A DNA stretch of 64,000 bases, taken from the NCBI GenBank assembly GCA_026005055.1, contig BPKI01000001.1, positions 2,371,608 to 2,435,607 of the forward strand, given 5' to 3'. Position numbers and translations under genes: made by a program. The notes beneath the pieces were generated by a model, which saw nothing but the letters and a program-made list of their open reading frames with translations, ran no database searches and was not told the DNA's origin. Shown piece after piece: positions 51,113-61,531 of this stretch (its first letter is position 1; each line of letters opens with the position of its first letter). Source of the DNA: Lysobacterales bacterium. Its GTDB lineage: Bacteria > Pseudomonadota > Gammaproteobacteria > Xanthomonadales > BPKI01.

Positions 51113-51304
51113 ATGGTCCGATTGATCCTCCTCGCGCTGGTTCTATTGCTAATCTACGGGGTCGCCGTGGTCCTCCGCAGGCTTCTGAGCAGCACGACGC
51201 CTGCGCGAGGCAGGGTGATCGAAGGGCGCTTCCGCGTGGTGCGCGAGTCCGCGGCCAGGGTGCGCACGGGCGAGCCTGCGCGCCCGCCCTCTGAAGCCAG
51301 CTGA
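51113..51304 (+). CDS. Possible small membrane protein (63 aa)
   Basis: ATG start and N-terminal TM MVRLILLALVLLLIYGVAVVL followed by a basic tail. No homology was recognised. It could instead be non-coding. Confidence 0.35.
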   Translation: MVRLILLALVLLLIYGVAVVLRRLLSSTTPARGRVIEGRFRVVRESAARVRTGEPARPPSEAS

Positions 51305-51315
51305 ATGCCTCCGCC

Positions 51316-52035
51316 ATGATCCACTCGACGGTGATCCCGGAACCCCCGTCGGCGCTCGTGCCCGTGCTCGGGGAGGAGGCTTTTTTCCCGGTGCGGCGCA
51401 TTTTTTGCGTCGGCCGCAATTTCGCCGAACATGCCCGAGAAATGGGCATGACCGTCGAGCGAGGGCGACCGGTGTTTTTCATGAAACCGAGGGAGGCGCT
51501 TCAGCCGGGAGGCGGGCCGATTCCCTATCCGCCGGGCACCTCGGAGCTCCATCACGAAGTCGAACTGGTCGCCGCACTCGGCGCCGGTGGGGCGGCGCTC
51601 GAGGAGGAGGCCGCCCTTGGCTTGGTCTTCGGCTACGCGGTGGGGCTCGACCTCACCCGCCGCGACTTGCAAGCCGAGCTCAAGGCCAAGGGTCTGCCCT
51701 GGGAGCTCGCCAAGAGCTTCGAGCATTCCGCCCCCATCTCGCCGATCCGCCGCTGGCAAGGCCCGCCACCCCGCGGCGAAATCCGTCTTCGGGTCAACGG
51801 CGAGCTTCGCCAGCGGGCCTTTCTCAGTGAGATGATCTTCGACGTCGGACAGGTGCTCGTTTGGCTTTCCCGCTACTTCGAGCTCATGCCCGGGGACCTC
51901 GTCTTCCTCGGCACGCCCGCCGGCGTCGGCCCTTTGCGCCCCGGCGATCGCTTCGAGGCTGCGGTGGAGGAGGTGGGCACCCTCGAGGGCGCCATCGCTC
52001 CAGCCCGAAGCGGAAGCACTCTTTCAGCCGCTTGA
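51316..52035 (+). CDS. Fumarylacetoacetate hydrolase family protein
   Basis: [41 protein letters not shown], the FAH-fold metal-binding pattern. Confidence 0.8.
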   Translation: MIHSTVIPEPPSALVPVLGEEAFFPVRRIFCVGRNFAEHAREMGMTVERGRPVFFMKPREALQPGGGPIPYPPGTSELHHEVELVAALGAGGAALEEEAALGLVFGYAVGLDLTRRDLQAELKAKGLPWELAKSFEHSAPISPIRRWQGPPPRGEIRLRVNGELRQRAFLSEMIFDVGQVLVWLSRYFELMPGDLVFLGTPAGVGPLRPGDRFEAAVEEVGTLEGAIAPARSGSTLSAA

Positions 52036-52061
52036 TCCATCATGCCGACCACGGGAGGACC

Positions 52062-52475
52062 ATGAAAGGCTTTTTCGCGGAGTTCAAAGCTTTCGCCCTG
52101 CGCGGCAACGTGCTCGATCTCGCCATCGGCATCGTCATCGGAGCCGCCTTCGGCAAGATCGTGAGCGCCTTCGTCGATCATCTGCTCATGCCGCCGATCG
52201 GCCTGCTGCTGAGCGGCGTCGATTTTTCCGAATGGGCGATCACCCTGCGCGCGGCGAGCGAGGGAGCACCGGCGGTGACGCTGGGGATCGGTCAGTTTCT
52301 GAACGCCTTGGTCCAGTTTTTGATCATCGCCTTCGCCGTCTTCCTCGTGATCAAGGCGGTCAATCGCCTGCGCCGCGAGCAGGAGGCCACACCCCCACCG
52401 CCACCGCCCGCGCCGAGCCGCGAGGCGGAACTCCTCGCCGAGATCCGCGACCTCCTGCGGGCGCAGAAGCCATGA
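52062..52475 (+). CDS. mscL: Large-conductance mechanosensitive channel
   Basis: [45 protein letters not shown] Shine-Dalgarno precedes ATG 52062. Confidence 0.9.
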   Translation: MKGFFAEFKAFALRGNVLDLAIGIVIGAAFGKIVSAFVDHLLMPPIGLLLSGVDFSEWAITLRAASEGAPAVTLGIGQFLNALVQFLIIAFAVFLVIKAVNRLRREQEATPPPPPPAPSREAELLAEIRDLLRAQKP

Positions 52476-53899
52476 GGGTCCTCCTCGCCCTCGCTCTGGC
52501 AGCCGCACTCGCAAGCGAAACCCAGATCCCCGAGCGCGATCTCGCCATCGCCGCCGCCCTGCGCGATCAGGCCCTCGCCGGCTCTTCGGCCTATGCTTTG
52601 GCCGAGTCGCTGGTGCGCGAGGTGGGCCATCGTCTGGCCGGAAGCGACAACGATGCGCGCGGGGTCGAGTGGGCGCTGCGCACGATGGAAAGGCTTGGCT
52701 TCGACCGGGTATGGACCGAGCCGGTGGAATACCCGGTGTGGAGCCGCGAGCGGGAGGAGGCCGAAGTGCTCGCTCCAGAGCCCCTGCCGCTTGCCATCGC
52801 CGCTTTGGGCGGCAGCGTGCCGACCCCGCCCGAAGGGCTGATCGGCGAGATCGTCGCCTTCGCCGACTTCGCCGAGCTTCGCGCCGCCGCTCAGGGCAGC
52901 CTTAAGGGCAAGATCGCCTTCGTCACGCGCCGGATGGAACGCGCCCGCGATGGCTCGGGCTACGGCCCGGTGGTGGCCGCGCGCGTGGCCGGCGCCTCGG
53001 TCGCCGCGGAAAAGGGTGCGATCGCCTTTCTCATGCGCTCGGCGGGCACCCGCGACTCGGACCGGCCGCACACCGGAAATCTCCGCTACGGCGAAAGCAT
53101 CACCCGCATTCCGGCGGCGGCGCTGGCCAACGCTCACGCCGACCGCCTCCAAGCCCTGCTCGCCGAGGGTCCGGTCACGGTGAGGCTTCGCATCGCCGCG
53201 CGCGAGCGCGGGCTCTACCAGGGCGCCAACGTCATCGGCGAGCTCAGCGGCCGGATGCAGCCTGAGGAGGTGGTAGCCCTCGGCGCCCACCTCGATTCCT
53301 GGGATCTCGGGGAAGGAGCGATTGATGATGCCGCGGGCGTGGGCATCGTGCTCGCGGCGGCGGAGCTCATCGCCAAGCAGCCGGAACGGCCGCGGCGCAG
53401 CATCCGGGTCGTGCTCTTCGCCGCCGAGGAGATCGGGCTTTATGGCGCCCGCGCCTACGCAGAGCGGCATCGTGAGGCGGTCGCTCGCCACGTCCTCGTC
53501 GGCGAAAGCGACTTCGGCGGCGGACGCATCTACCAGCTCGATGCCGCGGTCAAGCCCGAAGCGCGGGCTGCCATCGCCCAGATGCATAAAGTGCTCGAAC
53601 CCTTAGGGATTGCGCTCGGCCGCGAGGACGCGGGCGGAGGCCCCGACTTCGGACCCCTGCGCCGGCTCGGAGCGGCGGCCGTGGATCTACGCCAGGACGG
53701 CACCTATTACTTCGACTATCACCACACGGTGGACGACACGCTCGACAAGCTCGTGCCCGGCGACCTCGATCAAAACGTCGCCGCCTGGGCGGCGCTCGCC
53801 TGGCTGGCGGCCAATGCCGAGGGCGACTTCGGCTCGGGCAGCCTGCCAGAGCGCGCGGGGCCGCCGATGATCCAAGAGGCGCGCCCGGCTCCGCCTTGA
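52472..53899 (+). CDS. M28-family peptidase with a PA domain
   Basis: Signal peptide [14 protein letters not shown]. Also [20 protein letters not shown] and [12 protein letters not shown], which are zinc ligand regions. The start overlaps the mscL stop (ATGA). Confidence 0.8.
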   Translation: MRVLLALALAAALASETQIPERDLAIAAALRDQALAGSSAYALAESLVREVGHRLAGSDNDARGVEWALRTMERLGFDRVWTEPVEYPVWSREREEAEVLAPEPLPLAIAALGGSVPTPPEGLIGEIVAFADFAELRAAAQGSLKGKIAFVTRRMERARDGSGYGPVVAARVAGASVAAEKGAIAFLMRSAGTRDSDRPHTGNLRYGESITRIPAAALANAHADRLQALLAEGPVTVRLRIAARERGLYQGANVIGELSGRMQPEEVVALGAHLDSWDLGEGAIDDAAGVGIVLAAAELIAKQPERPRRSIRVVLFAAEEIGLYGARAYAERHREAVARHVLVGESDFGGGRIYQLDAAVKPEARAAIAQMHKVLEPLGIALGREDAGGGPDFGPLRRLGAAAVDLRQDGTYYFDYHHTVDDTLDKLVPGDLDQNVAAWAALAWLAANAEGDFGSGSLPERAGPPMIQEARPAPP

Positions 53900-53983
53900 A
53901 CGCCCTCAGGCACCGTGCCCGGCGCTCCTCGCCCGGGCCTGGCCGCGGCGACGACGATTCTGCCCGTGCAAGCAGCGCGCGCG

Positions 53984-56900
53984 TCAGCGACGCGGTACTT
54001 CGCTCGCCTCGAGCCGGCGGCCACGTTCGTCCGCCTCGCGCGTCGACTGCCAACGCAACACCACCGCCCGGTCGCGGCCCGCCGCCTTGGCGCGATAGAG
54101 GGCTTCGTCGGCCGCCTGGATGCTCGCTTCCAGGTCGAAGCGCTCGGGATGGGCCGGATCGAGCGGAAAATGCGCGAGTCCCATCGAAGCAGTGACCGCA
54201 ATCGCACCGGCGGCGGTGACGAAGGGTTCCTCGCCGATCGCGCAGAGCCAGCGCAGCGCCAGCTCCTGCTCGGTTACCGGCTGCTCGAGCGCCACGAGAC
54301 AGAGAAATTCCTCGCCGCCCCAGCGCAGGACCCAGTCATCCTCTCGCGCGCTCGCCCGCAACCGCCGCGCCGCCTGGCACAGCACCTCATCCCCGACGCT
54401 ATGACCGTAGCGGTCGTTGATGCTCTTGAAGTGGTCGAGGTCGACCAGAGCGACCAGCCACCCGTGACGCGGTCTGACGACCGTGCCGTCGGGCCGCCGG
54501 AGCTTCCCCGTGCGATGCTCTTCGATGCTCAGCAGCCGACGGTTCCACAGACCCGTGAGGGGGTCGGTGAAGGCGGCCTGCTCGAGCCGATGGTTGGCCT
54601 CCGCGAGGGCCGCGGTGCGCTCGGCGATGAGCCGCTCAAGCCGCTCCGCACGCTGACGAGCGGCGCGCGCGCCGAGGCGCGCGGCCTGGCGCAACAGCAC
54701 CAGCGCCACGAGCAGATAGCCGAGGTAGGCCCAGTAGGTGAGGAACCAGGGGGGCGACACGGCGAAGGCATAACTCAGCACTGGACTGATCTGCCCCTCG
54801 TGATCGCGCGCCCTGAGCTCGAAGCGGTAGTGGCCGGCAGGCAGGGTGTCGTACGCGCGCGCCGGCTGCTCGAGGAACTCGCTCCATCCATCGTGCAGCC
54901 CGACGAGCCGATAGCTGAAGGCGATGCGGTCGAAGGGCGCCGAGCCCGGCGCGCTGAAGCGGAAACTGAGATCGGCGAGCGACGCCGGAAGCAGCGGCAT
55001 GTGTGCATCCGGCCCTGGGCCCTCGCTCAGGCCGCCGTGGCGAGCGAGCGGGACGGTCAGCCACGCTGCGATCAGCACCCCGTCGGCACGGCGGACCTCG
55101 CGCAAGAGGACGCGCGGCGGGCTCGCCGCCGGCGGTTCGCGACCAGGGTCGAAACTGTAAAGCGCGGCCGAACCAGCGAACCAGACGAGTTGACGATGAG
55201 GATCGTAGAACACGCGGCTGAACTCGCGCTGGTCGCTCCCAGGCAGCTCGCGCACACGGCGGATTCCGCCCGCGCCTTCCGCTCGCAGTTCCTCGGCCCA
55301 GATGCGTCCGGGCCGATCGAGGAGCGCGAACCAGCGCCCCTCACCCGCCGCGGCGAGCTCGGCGATGCGCTCGCCCTCATCGCGAAGCGCTGCGCTCCAG
55401 CGGGAATCCTCATGCAGCGGCCCCTCGGCGGCGAGGACCAACAGCGCGCCCGGAAGCGAAAGCCGCCACTCTTTGCCATCGTGGACGAGGGTCGCCATGC
55501 TGGCATCGCGAACCCCCTCTCGCTCGCCGAGACGCTCGCCGGGAAGGAAGGCGCCATCCGCTCCGCGCCGGAAGCGCCAGACCGCAACGCCGGTCTCGAC
55601 CACGATGAGCGAGCCATCCTCGAGCTCGGCCATGTCCCGCACATGACCGGCCGGACCGACGAGGGCCTGGCGCTCGCGCCAGCCTTCCGGTCCACGCTCG
55701 GCCTCCAGTACACCAAGGGAATGCCCGAGGAAGATTCGATCCCGGCGCGAGCGCGAGGGCAAGATCGAGGCCACGCGTCCCCTGCCGAGCACCGGCTCGA
55801 GCTTGCCGATGTCCTCGATCCGATAAAGCCCTTCGGCGTTGGCGGCGAGGATCTCGTGCTGGCCGGCCGCGAGCTCGATCTCCGCGAGCGCGAGGGTTTG
55901 CATCGCCAGCGGCTCGATCCGGCGCCATCCCGAAGCATCGAGCCGCATCAGGCCCTGGGTCGTGCCGACCAACAGTCCATCCGGCATGGCGAGCAGGGAC
56001 AGGGGACGCCCCCCGAGATCGCCGGAGGTCGGCCATTCGCGGAACGACGAGCGCAGATCGATGCGCGAGAGCCCACCGTCTTGGGTCAGCCAAAGGCGCC
56101 CCCGGGAATCGAGCATCCCATCCGTGACGAGCGGGCTCGCCAGACCCGAGCGCAGCCCGACGTGGAGTTCGACTCGGCCAGCCGCATCGAGCAGGTAGGC
56201 GCCGCGATCATAGGTGGTGAGCAGGAGCCGCCCTCCGGGAAGAGCGCGCAACCGATTCAGCCGACCGCGGACCTGCTCGCCCCAGGGCTCGATCCGCTCG
56301 AGGGCAACGCCCTCGGCGTCCAAAGTGAAGTGGATCAGGCGGTCGTCCTCCTGCCTCGCCACCAGCCGGCGACCATCGAGCGCGGCGATCGCGCGGATCC
56401 CGCGCGGCTGTGCCGCCCCGGTGAAGTTCTCCGGCCAAACGATCGAGCGCGTCTCGCCGTCGGGCAGCAAGCGGACGAGCACCGCTGTCCCGGTCAGCGC
56501 GAACAGCCGCCCTTCCGCAGCCGTGATCGCATGAAACCCCCCACTCGCCGCGTATTCGTGGAAGCGGCCGCCCGCGCGGCATAGGACTCGCGGACCGGCG
56601 CGGAAGCACACCGCCTCGCCGGCGGTCACCGCTTCCGTCACCGTGGCAAGCCCTGTCTCGGGATGCGGTAGCTCGGGCAGCAACGAAACGAGCTGGGGTC
56701 CCTCTCCGCCGCTCTCGAGGGCGAGCACGGCAAGCTCCCCCACGCCGCCCACATAGAGCCTGCCCTCCGCATCCAGAGCGAAACTGCGTGCCGCGTGCTG
56801 ATTGGCGAGCGCAACCGTCAGCCAGGTGTGGCCATCGTAGAGCAGTAGCCCATCGGGAGTGCCCACGGCGATCACCCCGTTGCGCAGTTCGCTCACCGCC

Positions 56901-57058
56901 CACAGCTGCGGGCTCACACCGATCTGCCCCGTCTTCACCGTCCAGATCGGGTAATCGCCAGCGAGGTCGGCCCGGCAGGGCGAGACGATGGCGAGCCACG
57001 TCCCCAGGAGCAGCGCTTGGAGCACTTCGCGTCCAGAACCGGCGCATCCCCCTTCCAT
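53984..57058 (-). CDS. Diguanylate cyclase with a periplasmic Reg_prop propeller array and Y_Y_Y domain
   Basis: Propeller repeats and Y_Y_Y (IAFSYRLVGLHDGWSEF..YDTLPAGHYRFELRA). A TM follows, then a GGDEF domain with an intact GGEEF and an RxxD I-site five residues upstream (REDDWVLRWGGEEF). ATG 57058 was chosen because the longer track ORF (to 57343) would overlap cysH. Confidence 0.85.
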   Translation of the reverse strand: MEGGCAGSGREVLQALLLGTWLAIVSPCRADLAGDYPIWTVKTGQIGVSPQLWAVSELRNGVIAVGTPDGLLLYDGHTWLTVALANQHAARSFALDAEGRLYVGGVGELAVLALESGGEGPQLVSLLPELPHPETGLATVTEAVTAGEAVCFRAGPRVLCRAGGRFHEYAASGGFHAITAAEGRLFALTGTAVLVRLLPDGETRSIVWPENFTGAAQPRGIRAIAALDGRRLVARQEDDRLIHFTLDAEGVALERIEPWGEQVRGRLNRLRALPGGRLLLTTYDRGAYLLDAAGRVELHVGLRSGLASPLVTDGMLDSRGRLWLTQDGGLSRIDLRSSFREWPTSGDLGGRPLSLLAMPDGLLVGTTQGLMRLDASGWRRIEPLAMQTLALAEIELAAGQHEILAANAEGLYRIEDIGKLEPVLGRGRVASILPSRSRRDRIFLGHSLGVLEAERGPEGWRERQALVGPAGHVRDMAELEDGSLIVVETGVAVWRFRRGADGAFLPGERLGEREGVRDASMATLVHDGKEWRLSLPGALLVLAAEGPLHEDSRWSAALRDEGERIAELAAAGEGRWFALLDRPGRIWAEELRAEGAGGIRRVRELPGSDQREFSRVFYDPHRQLVWFAGSAALYSFDPGREPPAASPPRVLLREVRRADGVLIAAWLTVPLARHGGLSEGPGPDAHMPLLPASLADLSFRFSAPGSAPFDRIAFSYRLVGLHDGWSEFLEQPARAYDTLPAGHYRFELRARDHEGQISPVLSYAFAVSPPWFLTYWAYLGYLLVALVLLRQAARLGARAARQRAERLERLIAERTAALAEANHRLEQAAFTDPLTGLWNRRLLSIEEHRTGKLRRPDGTVVRPRHGWLVALVDLDHFKSINDRYGHSVGDEVLCQAARRLRASAREDDWVLRWGGEEFLCLVALEQPVTEQELALRWLCAIGEEPFVTAAGAIAVTASMGLAHFPLDPAHPERFDLEASIQAADEALYRAKAAGRDRAVVLRWQSTREADERGRRLEASEVPRR

Positions 57059-57188
57059 CGCCAGATCGCAGTGGGACGTTTTGGCTCGTCCCGATTCAAA
57101 CACAGCGACCGGGCCCCAGCAAGCCACCACTGAGGAGCTCGGTCTCAGGCGCTCCTCGCGATCGGGCCCAAGGCGCTTCGCCGCGGCC

Positions 57189-57953
57189 CTACGCCGAAGC
57201 CGGATCGGCCCCGCGGGCCACCTCTCCGCCGCCGAGCTCGAGGTGAATGCCGCACTCGCGCTTGAGCCCGAAGAAGCGCGTGTCCTCCGGTCGCTGGCCG
57301 GGCGCCAGCGGGACGCTGGTCTGGCGATCGCCGACCGAAACATAACCCCGGGCGCGCAAAGGATGCTCGGGCAAGTCGTGCTCGATGAAATAGTCTTCGA
57401 CCTGTTCGTCGCTCCAATCGGCGAGCGGGTGAACCTTGAAACGCCCGTCTTGCACCGCGAGGATGGTCACGCCTCGGCGGGACTGCGACTGCGCCCGACG
57501 CAGTCCGGCGAACCAAGTGCCCACGCTCAGTTCGCTGAGGGTGCGCCTGAGCGGCTCGATCTTCATCAGCCGGTGGTAGGCATCGAGCCCGCTCACCCCT
57601 TTTTCCCAGAGTCGCCCGTACCGGGCCTCGAACCAAGCGGGGCTCAGGTTGGGGCGGGCCACCACCAGGTTCAGGCGCAGCCGCTCGGTGAGCAGATCGG
57701 CGTAACGGTAGGTCTCGGGAAATAGATAGCCGGTATCGACCAACACCACGGGGATCTCCGGCGCGATCCGGTTGACGAGGTGGAGCAGGACCGCCGCCTG
57801 GATGCCGAAACTCGAGGTCAGGACATGGCGTCCGGGCAAGTGCGCCAGCGCCCATTCGATGCGCGTGACCGCATCCACCGAGGCCAGCCACGCCTCGAGC
57901 TCGGCCCGCGCGGCGGGATCTTCCAGCAGGTGGCGGGAACGGAGCGGGCTCAT
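57189..57953 (-). CDS. cysH: Phosphoadenosine phosphosulfate (PAPS) reductase
   Basis: LTSSFGIQAAVLLHLV.. and the C-terminal GYVSVGDRQTS..TRFFGLKRECGIH (ECGLH-type motif). There are no extra Cys pairs of the Fe-S APS-reductase type. Confidence 0.9.
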   Translation of the reverse strand: MSPLRSRHLLEDPAARAELEAWLASVDAVTRIEWALAHLPGRHVLTSSFGIQAAVLLHLVNRIAPEIPVVLVDTGYLFPETYRYADLLTERLRLNLVVARPNLSPAWFEARYGRLWEKGVSGLDAYHRLMKIEPLRRTLSELSVGTWFAGLRRAQSQSRRGVTILAVQDGRFKVHPLADWSDEQVEDYFIEHDLPEHPLRARGYVSVGDRQTSVPLAPGQRPEDTRFFGLKRECGIHLELGGGEVARGADPASA

Positions 57954-59635
57954 CGCGGAGCACCCTGCAACGAATCGTTCGCAGCGGCGAGGATGCCGGT
58001 GCGCCAGAGGAAGTCGCCGAACGGCTCGTCTGGCTGGCGCTCTTGCGCAAAGCGGGCGAACAACCGGTCGAGGCGCTCGAAGATCGCCTCGAGCTCGAGG
58101 TTTTCCGCCGCGAGCACATTGAGCCGCTCGCCGCGGCGATCCCCGCCGAGGCGCAGGTCGTATCGCCCTGGCGCCCGGCCGATCAGGGCGATCTCGGCGA
58201 GGTAGGGGCGCGAGCAGCCGTTCGGGCAGCCGGATACGCGAAAACCGATCGCCTCATCGGCAAGTCCGTGCGCTTCCAGCAGGCGCTCGATCCGAACCGA
58301 GAGCGCAGGCAGGGCGCGCTCGGCCTCGGCCATGGCGAGCGGACAACTCGGCAAGGCCACGCAGGCCAAGGCATCGCGCAGCACCGGTCGCAGGCGCGCG
58401 TGAACATCCAAACCGAACGCGACCACCCGCCGCTCGACCGCGACCCGCTCCTGATCGTTCAAGCCGACGATGCGAAGGTTCTGATTGGGCGTGATCCGGA
58501 AATGGCCGACGCCGAGCTCGGCGATGGCGCGAAGGCCGCTGCGCCAGGCCGTGCCGTCGCGGTCGGCGACACGCCCGGCAGGAACCCACAAGCCCAGCGA
58601 GAAGCGTCCCTCCTCGCGCGCCCAACCGAAGGCGTCGCCGCTGGTCGTGAAGCGCCAGGGGCGCACCGGCTCGAGGGCGAAGCCGGCCCGCGCCTCGATC
58701 TCGGCGCGGAAGCGCTCCATGCCCATCGTCTCGAGGGTGTACTTCAGGCGCGCGCGTTTGCGCTCGCCGCGCTCACCGAAGTCGCGCTGCACGGTGAGCA
58801 CCGCCACGGCGAGCGGTAAAACCTGATCCGGTCGCACGAAGCCGAGGGGACGGGCGAGCAGCGGATAGGTGCGCGGGTCGCCGGCGGTCATGCCCATCCC
58901 GCCGCCGACGGTCACGGTGAAGCCTGCGAGCGCGTCCCGTTCGGCGCAAGCGATGAAGCCGAGATCCTGAGCCAGCACCTCCACGTCGTTGCGCGGCGGC
59001 ACGGCGAAGGCGATCTTGAACTTGCGCGGGAGATAGGTTTCGCCGTAGATCGGCTCCTCCTCGCTGCCGCTATCCGGCAACCGCTCACCGTCGAGCCAGA
59101 TCTCGAAGTAGGCGCGGGTGCGCGGCAAGAGCGCCTCCGAGAGGCGCGCGGCGAGGGCATGGGTTTCTCGGTGCAGGGCGGAGGCTTCCGGACCGGCCGA
59201 GACCGAGATCGTGCGGTTGACGTCGCCACAGGCGGCGATGGTGTCGATTTTGGCCTCGCGCACGAGCGCTTGGATCGCCGGCTTGAGCTCGCCCTTCAGC
59301 ACGCCGTGGAACTGCACCGCCTGCCGGGTGGTGAGCCTGAGCGTGCCATTGCCATGCCGCTCGGCGATGCGGTCCAGGGCCAGCCACTGGCTGGGGGAGA
59401 GCACCCCACCCGGGGTGCGGGTGCGGATCATGAACTGCCAGGCGGGTTCGAGGAACGCCGCCTGTCGCGCCGCACGCAAGTCGCGGTCGTCCTGCTGGTA
59501 GCTGCCGTGGAACTTGAGGATCACCGTGTCGGTCTCGGCCAATCCGCCGCTTGCCGGGTCGGCCAGGCTCTCCGGCAGGGTGCCCCGCAGCCTTCGGCTG
59601 TCCTTCTTGATCCGCTCGACCTCCTCGCCCGTCAT
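57950..59635 (-). CDS. cysI: Sulfite reductase hemoprotein beta component
   Basis: LKFHGSYQQDDRD..RLTTRQAVQFHGV.. and the siroheme/4Fe-4S Cys cluster (ACVALPSCPLAMAE.., SGCPNGCSRP). ATG 59635 is preferred to the longer ORF. The stop overlaps the cysH ATG. Confidence 0.9.
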   Translation of the reverse strand: MTGEEVERIKKDSRRLRGTLPESLADPASGGLAETDTVILKFHGSYQQDDRDLRAARQAAFLEPAWQFMIRTRTPGGVLSPSQWLALDRIAERHGNGTLRLTTRQAVQFHGVLKGELKPAIQALVREAKIDTIAACGDVNRTISVSAGPEASALHRETHALAARLSEALLPRTRAYFEIWLDGERLPDSGSEEEPIYGETYLPRKFKIAFAVPPRNDVEVLAQDLGFIACAERDALAGFTVTVGGGMGMTAGDPRTYPLLARPLGFVRPDQVLPLAVAVLTVQRDFGERGERKRARLKYTLETMGMERFRAEIEARAGFALEPVRPWRFTTSGDAFGWAREEGRFSLGLWVPAGRVADRDGTAWRSGLRAIAELGVGHFRITPNQNLRIVGLNDQERVAVERRVVAFGLDVHARLRPVLRDALACVALPSCPLAMAEAERALPALSVRIERLLEAHGLADEAIGFRVSGCPNGCSRPYLAEIALIGRAPGRYDLRLGGDRRGERLNVLAAENLELEAIFERLDRLFARFAQERQPDEPFGDFLWRTGILAAANDSLQGAPR

Positions 59636-59649
59636 GCCCGTCTCCTCGC

Positions 59650-61419
59650 TCAGTAGAGATCGCGGCGGTAACGGCCTTCGGCGGACAGCGCGAGCAGCCG
59701 CTCGCGGGCCTCCTCGGGCGAGCAGCGACCCTCGCTTTCGAGGATCCGAAGCAACGCTGCCTCCACCCCCTGCCCCATGGCCGTACCGCCGCAGACATAG
59801 ATCGCCGCGCCTTCGCTCAGCCAGCGCAACAGTTCGCTGCCCTCTTCCCGGAGCCGATCCTGGACGTAGGCGCGGCGTTGCGGCTCGCGGGAGAAGGCGA
59901 GGCTCAGACGATGCAGGGCGCCGCGCTTTCGCCAACGCAGCCAGTCGAGCTGGTAAAGGAAATCCTCGCGCAGGCGCCGCGCCCCATAGATCAGCCAATG
60001 CCGCCCGCGCGACCCGCGGGCGATCCGCTCCTGAAGGAAGGCACGGAAGGGAGCGATGCCGGTGCCGGCAGCGATCATCACCAGATCGCGGTCGTCCTCG
60101 GGCAAGCGGAAGCGCGGATTCGGCTCCCAGAAGACTTCGAGGCGCTGCCCCTCGCGCAACCCGGCGAGGAAGCCCGAGCAGGCACCCGTGCGCGGCCCCG
60201 CCGGCGTCTCGGTCCGCAGCACCCCGACGGTGAGCACCGCCACCTCGCCCTCCTCGCTCCGGCTGCCGGCGAGCGAATAAAGCCGTGGCGAGAGCGGCGT
60301 GAGCGCCGCAGACAACTCGCTCGCCGTCCAGGGCCGCGGCCAGCGCGCGAGCGCCTCGGCGACCTGGAAGCGTGCGACGAGCGCCTGCCAGGCCGATGCA
60401 TCCTCGAGGGCGAGGCGAAGCTCGTGGTCTTGGTGGACGGCCGCGAGCGCTTCCACCAGCCGTCGCGACAGCCGCGTGAGCTCGGCCCGCTCGGCCAGCC
60501 AGCGGGCGATCGGCCAGTTTTGGCCCTGCACCTCCACCCGCTCCTCGCCGCGAAGCCCCGCTGCCGCCAGCACCCGCTCGACCCGCGCATCATCGTGTGC
60601 GAAGACCACCCCGAGGGCGTCGCCCGGCTCGAAGGGCGGCGCATCACCATCGAAACCGAGCACCAGGTGGCGGACATCGCGCGCGTCCGCTCCGAAGGTG
60701 ATCCGGCGCTGATCGAGCAGCTCGGCCTTCAGCGGGTGCTCGCGGCCGTGGGGGACCGCACGCGGCAACGGCAGGATCGCAGCCACCGGGCGCGGGTCTT
60801 GCGAGAGCGACGCGACCTTGGCGAGCACCTCGTCCTGCCAGGGCGCCGCCACCCGCTCGATGTCGAGATCGGCTTCGGCGAGCGGCAGGAGCCGTTCGGC
60901 GCCGAGCTCGACGAGGCGCTGATCGAGCCAGCGGCCGGCGGCGCAAAACCGCGGATAGCTGGAATCGCCGAGCGCGAGAACCGCAAAGCCGAGCCGCGCG
61001 AGGCTTCCTCGCTTGGCCTTGGCGAGCTCGGCGAAGAGGGCGCGCGCGGCGTCGGGCGGGTCGCCGTCGCCGTGGGTGCTCACTGCGAAGAAGACTCTCC
61101 CGAGGCCGGCCAGGGTGCGCACATTGAGCTCGGCGGCGTCGAGCAGGCGCAGCGCGTTTCCGCGTTCCTCCAAGGCACGGGCGAGCCGTTCCGCCACCCT
61201 CCGCGCCTGGCCGGTCTGGGACGCATAGACCACTGCCAGCGATGCCTCCGTTGCCGACGCGGACGAAACCGAGCGCGCCTTTCCGCCTCCGCGGGCGAGG
61301 GCGAGCGCGTAGCCGGAGACCCAGAGCAGCGCCTCGGCATCGAGGCCGGAGAGGCGGGCGAGCAGTCCCTCCTCGATGCCCCGCGGCCAGGGCTCGCGCG
61401 GGCGAAGCAGCCCGCTCAC
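59650..61419 (-). CDS. cysJ: Sulfite reductase flavoprotein alpha component
   Basis: Flavodoxin-like segment (VVYASQTGQARRVAE), FAD/NADPH segment (RLYSLAGS, MIAAGTGIAPFRAF) and C-terminal RYRRDLY. The GTG start is uncertain. Confidence 0.85.
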   Translation of the reverse strand: MSGLLRPREPWPRGIEEGLLARLSGLDAEALLWVSGYALALARGGGKARSVSSASATEASLAVVYASQTGQARRVAERLARALEERGNALRLLDAAELNVRTLAGLGRVFFAVSTHGDGDPPDAARALFAELAKAKRGSLARLGFAVLALGDSSYPRFCAAGRWLDQRLVELGAERLLPLAEADLDIERVAAPWQDEVLAKVASLSQDPRPVAAILPLPRAVPHGREHPLKAELLDQRRITFGADARDVRHLVLGFDGDAPPFEPGDALGVVFAHDDARVERVLAAAGLRGEERVEVQGQNWPIARWLAERAELTRLSRRLVEALAAVHQDHELRLALEDASAWQALVARFQVAEALARWPRPWTASELSAALTPLSPRLYSLAGSRSEEGEVAVLTVGVLRTETPAGPRTGACSGFLAGLREGQRLEVFWEPNPRFRLPEDDRDLVMIAAGTGIAPFRAFLQERIARGSRGRHWLIYGARRLREDFLYQLDWLRWRKRGALHRLSLAFSREPQRRAYVQDRLREEGSELLRWLSEGAAIYVCGGTAMGQGVEAALLRILESEGRCSPEEARERLLALSAEGRYRRDLY

Positions 61420-61531
61420 CGGATTCGGTCGTATGGCGTGAACATGCCCTTGATGCTAGGAACCTGTCGGCAGCTCCGACAAAGGATCCCCTGGCATGGC
61501 GGCATGACCTTGCCCGAGCCTCGCCGCCGCC

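Noticed and set aside
53915-56584. An 889-aa + strand ORF opposite the diguanylate cyclase gene. Similar long antisense or out-of-frame ORFs occur elsewhere, e.g. 16414-18288 (+), 37496-39601 (-), 13111-15048 (-), 28345-29682 (-), 60644-62161 (-), 43340-44722 (+) and 45257-46960 (+).
   Set aside because: In each case a different frame of the same region (the opposite strand, or another frame of the same strand for 13111-15048) encodes a protein with clear family motifs: GGDEF/propeller, cysNC, hprK/rapZ, abgT, purM, cysJ and the histidine kinase. The rejected frames give Arg/Pro/Gly-rich, motif-less sequence.
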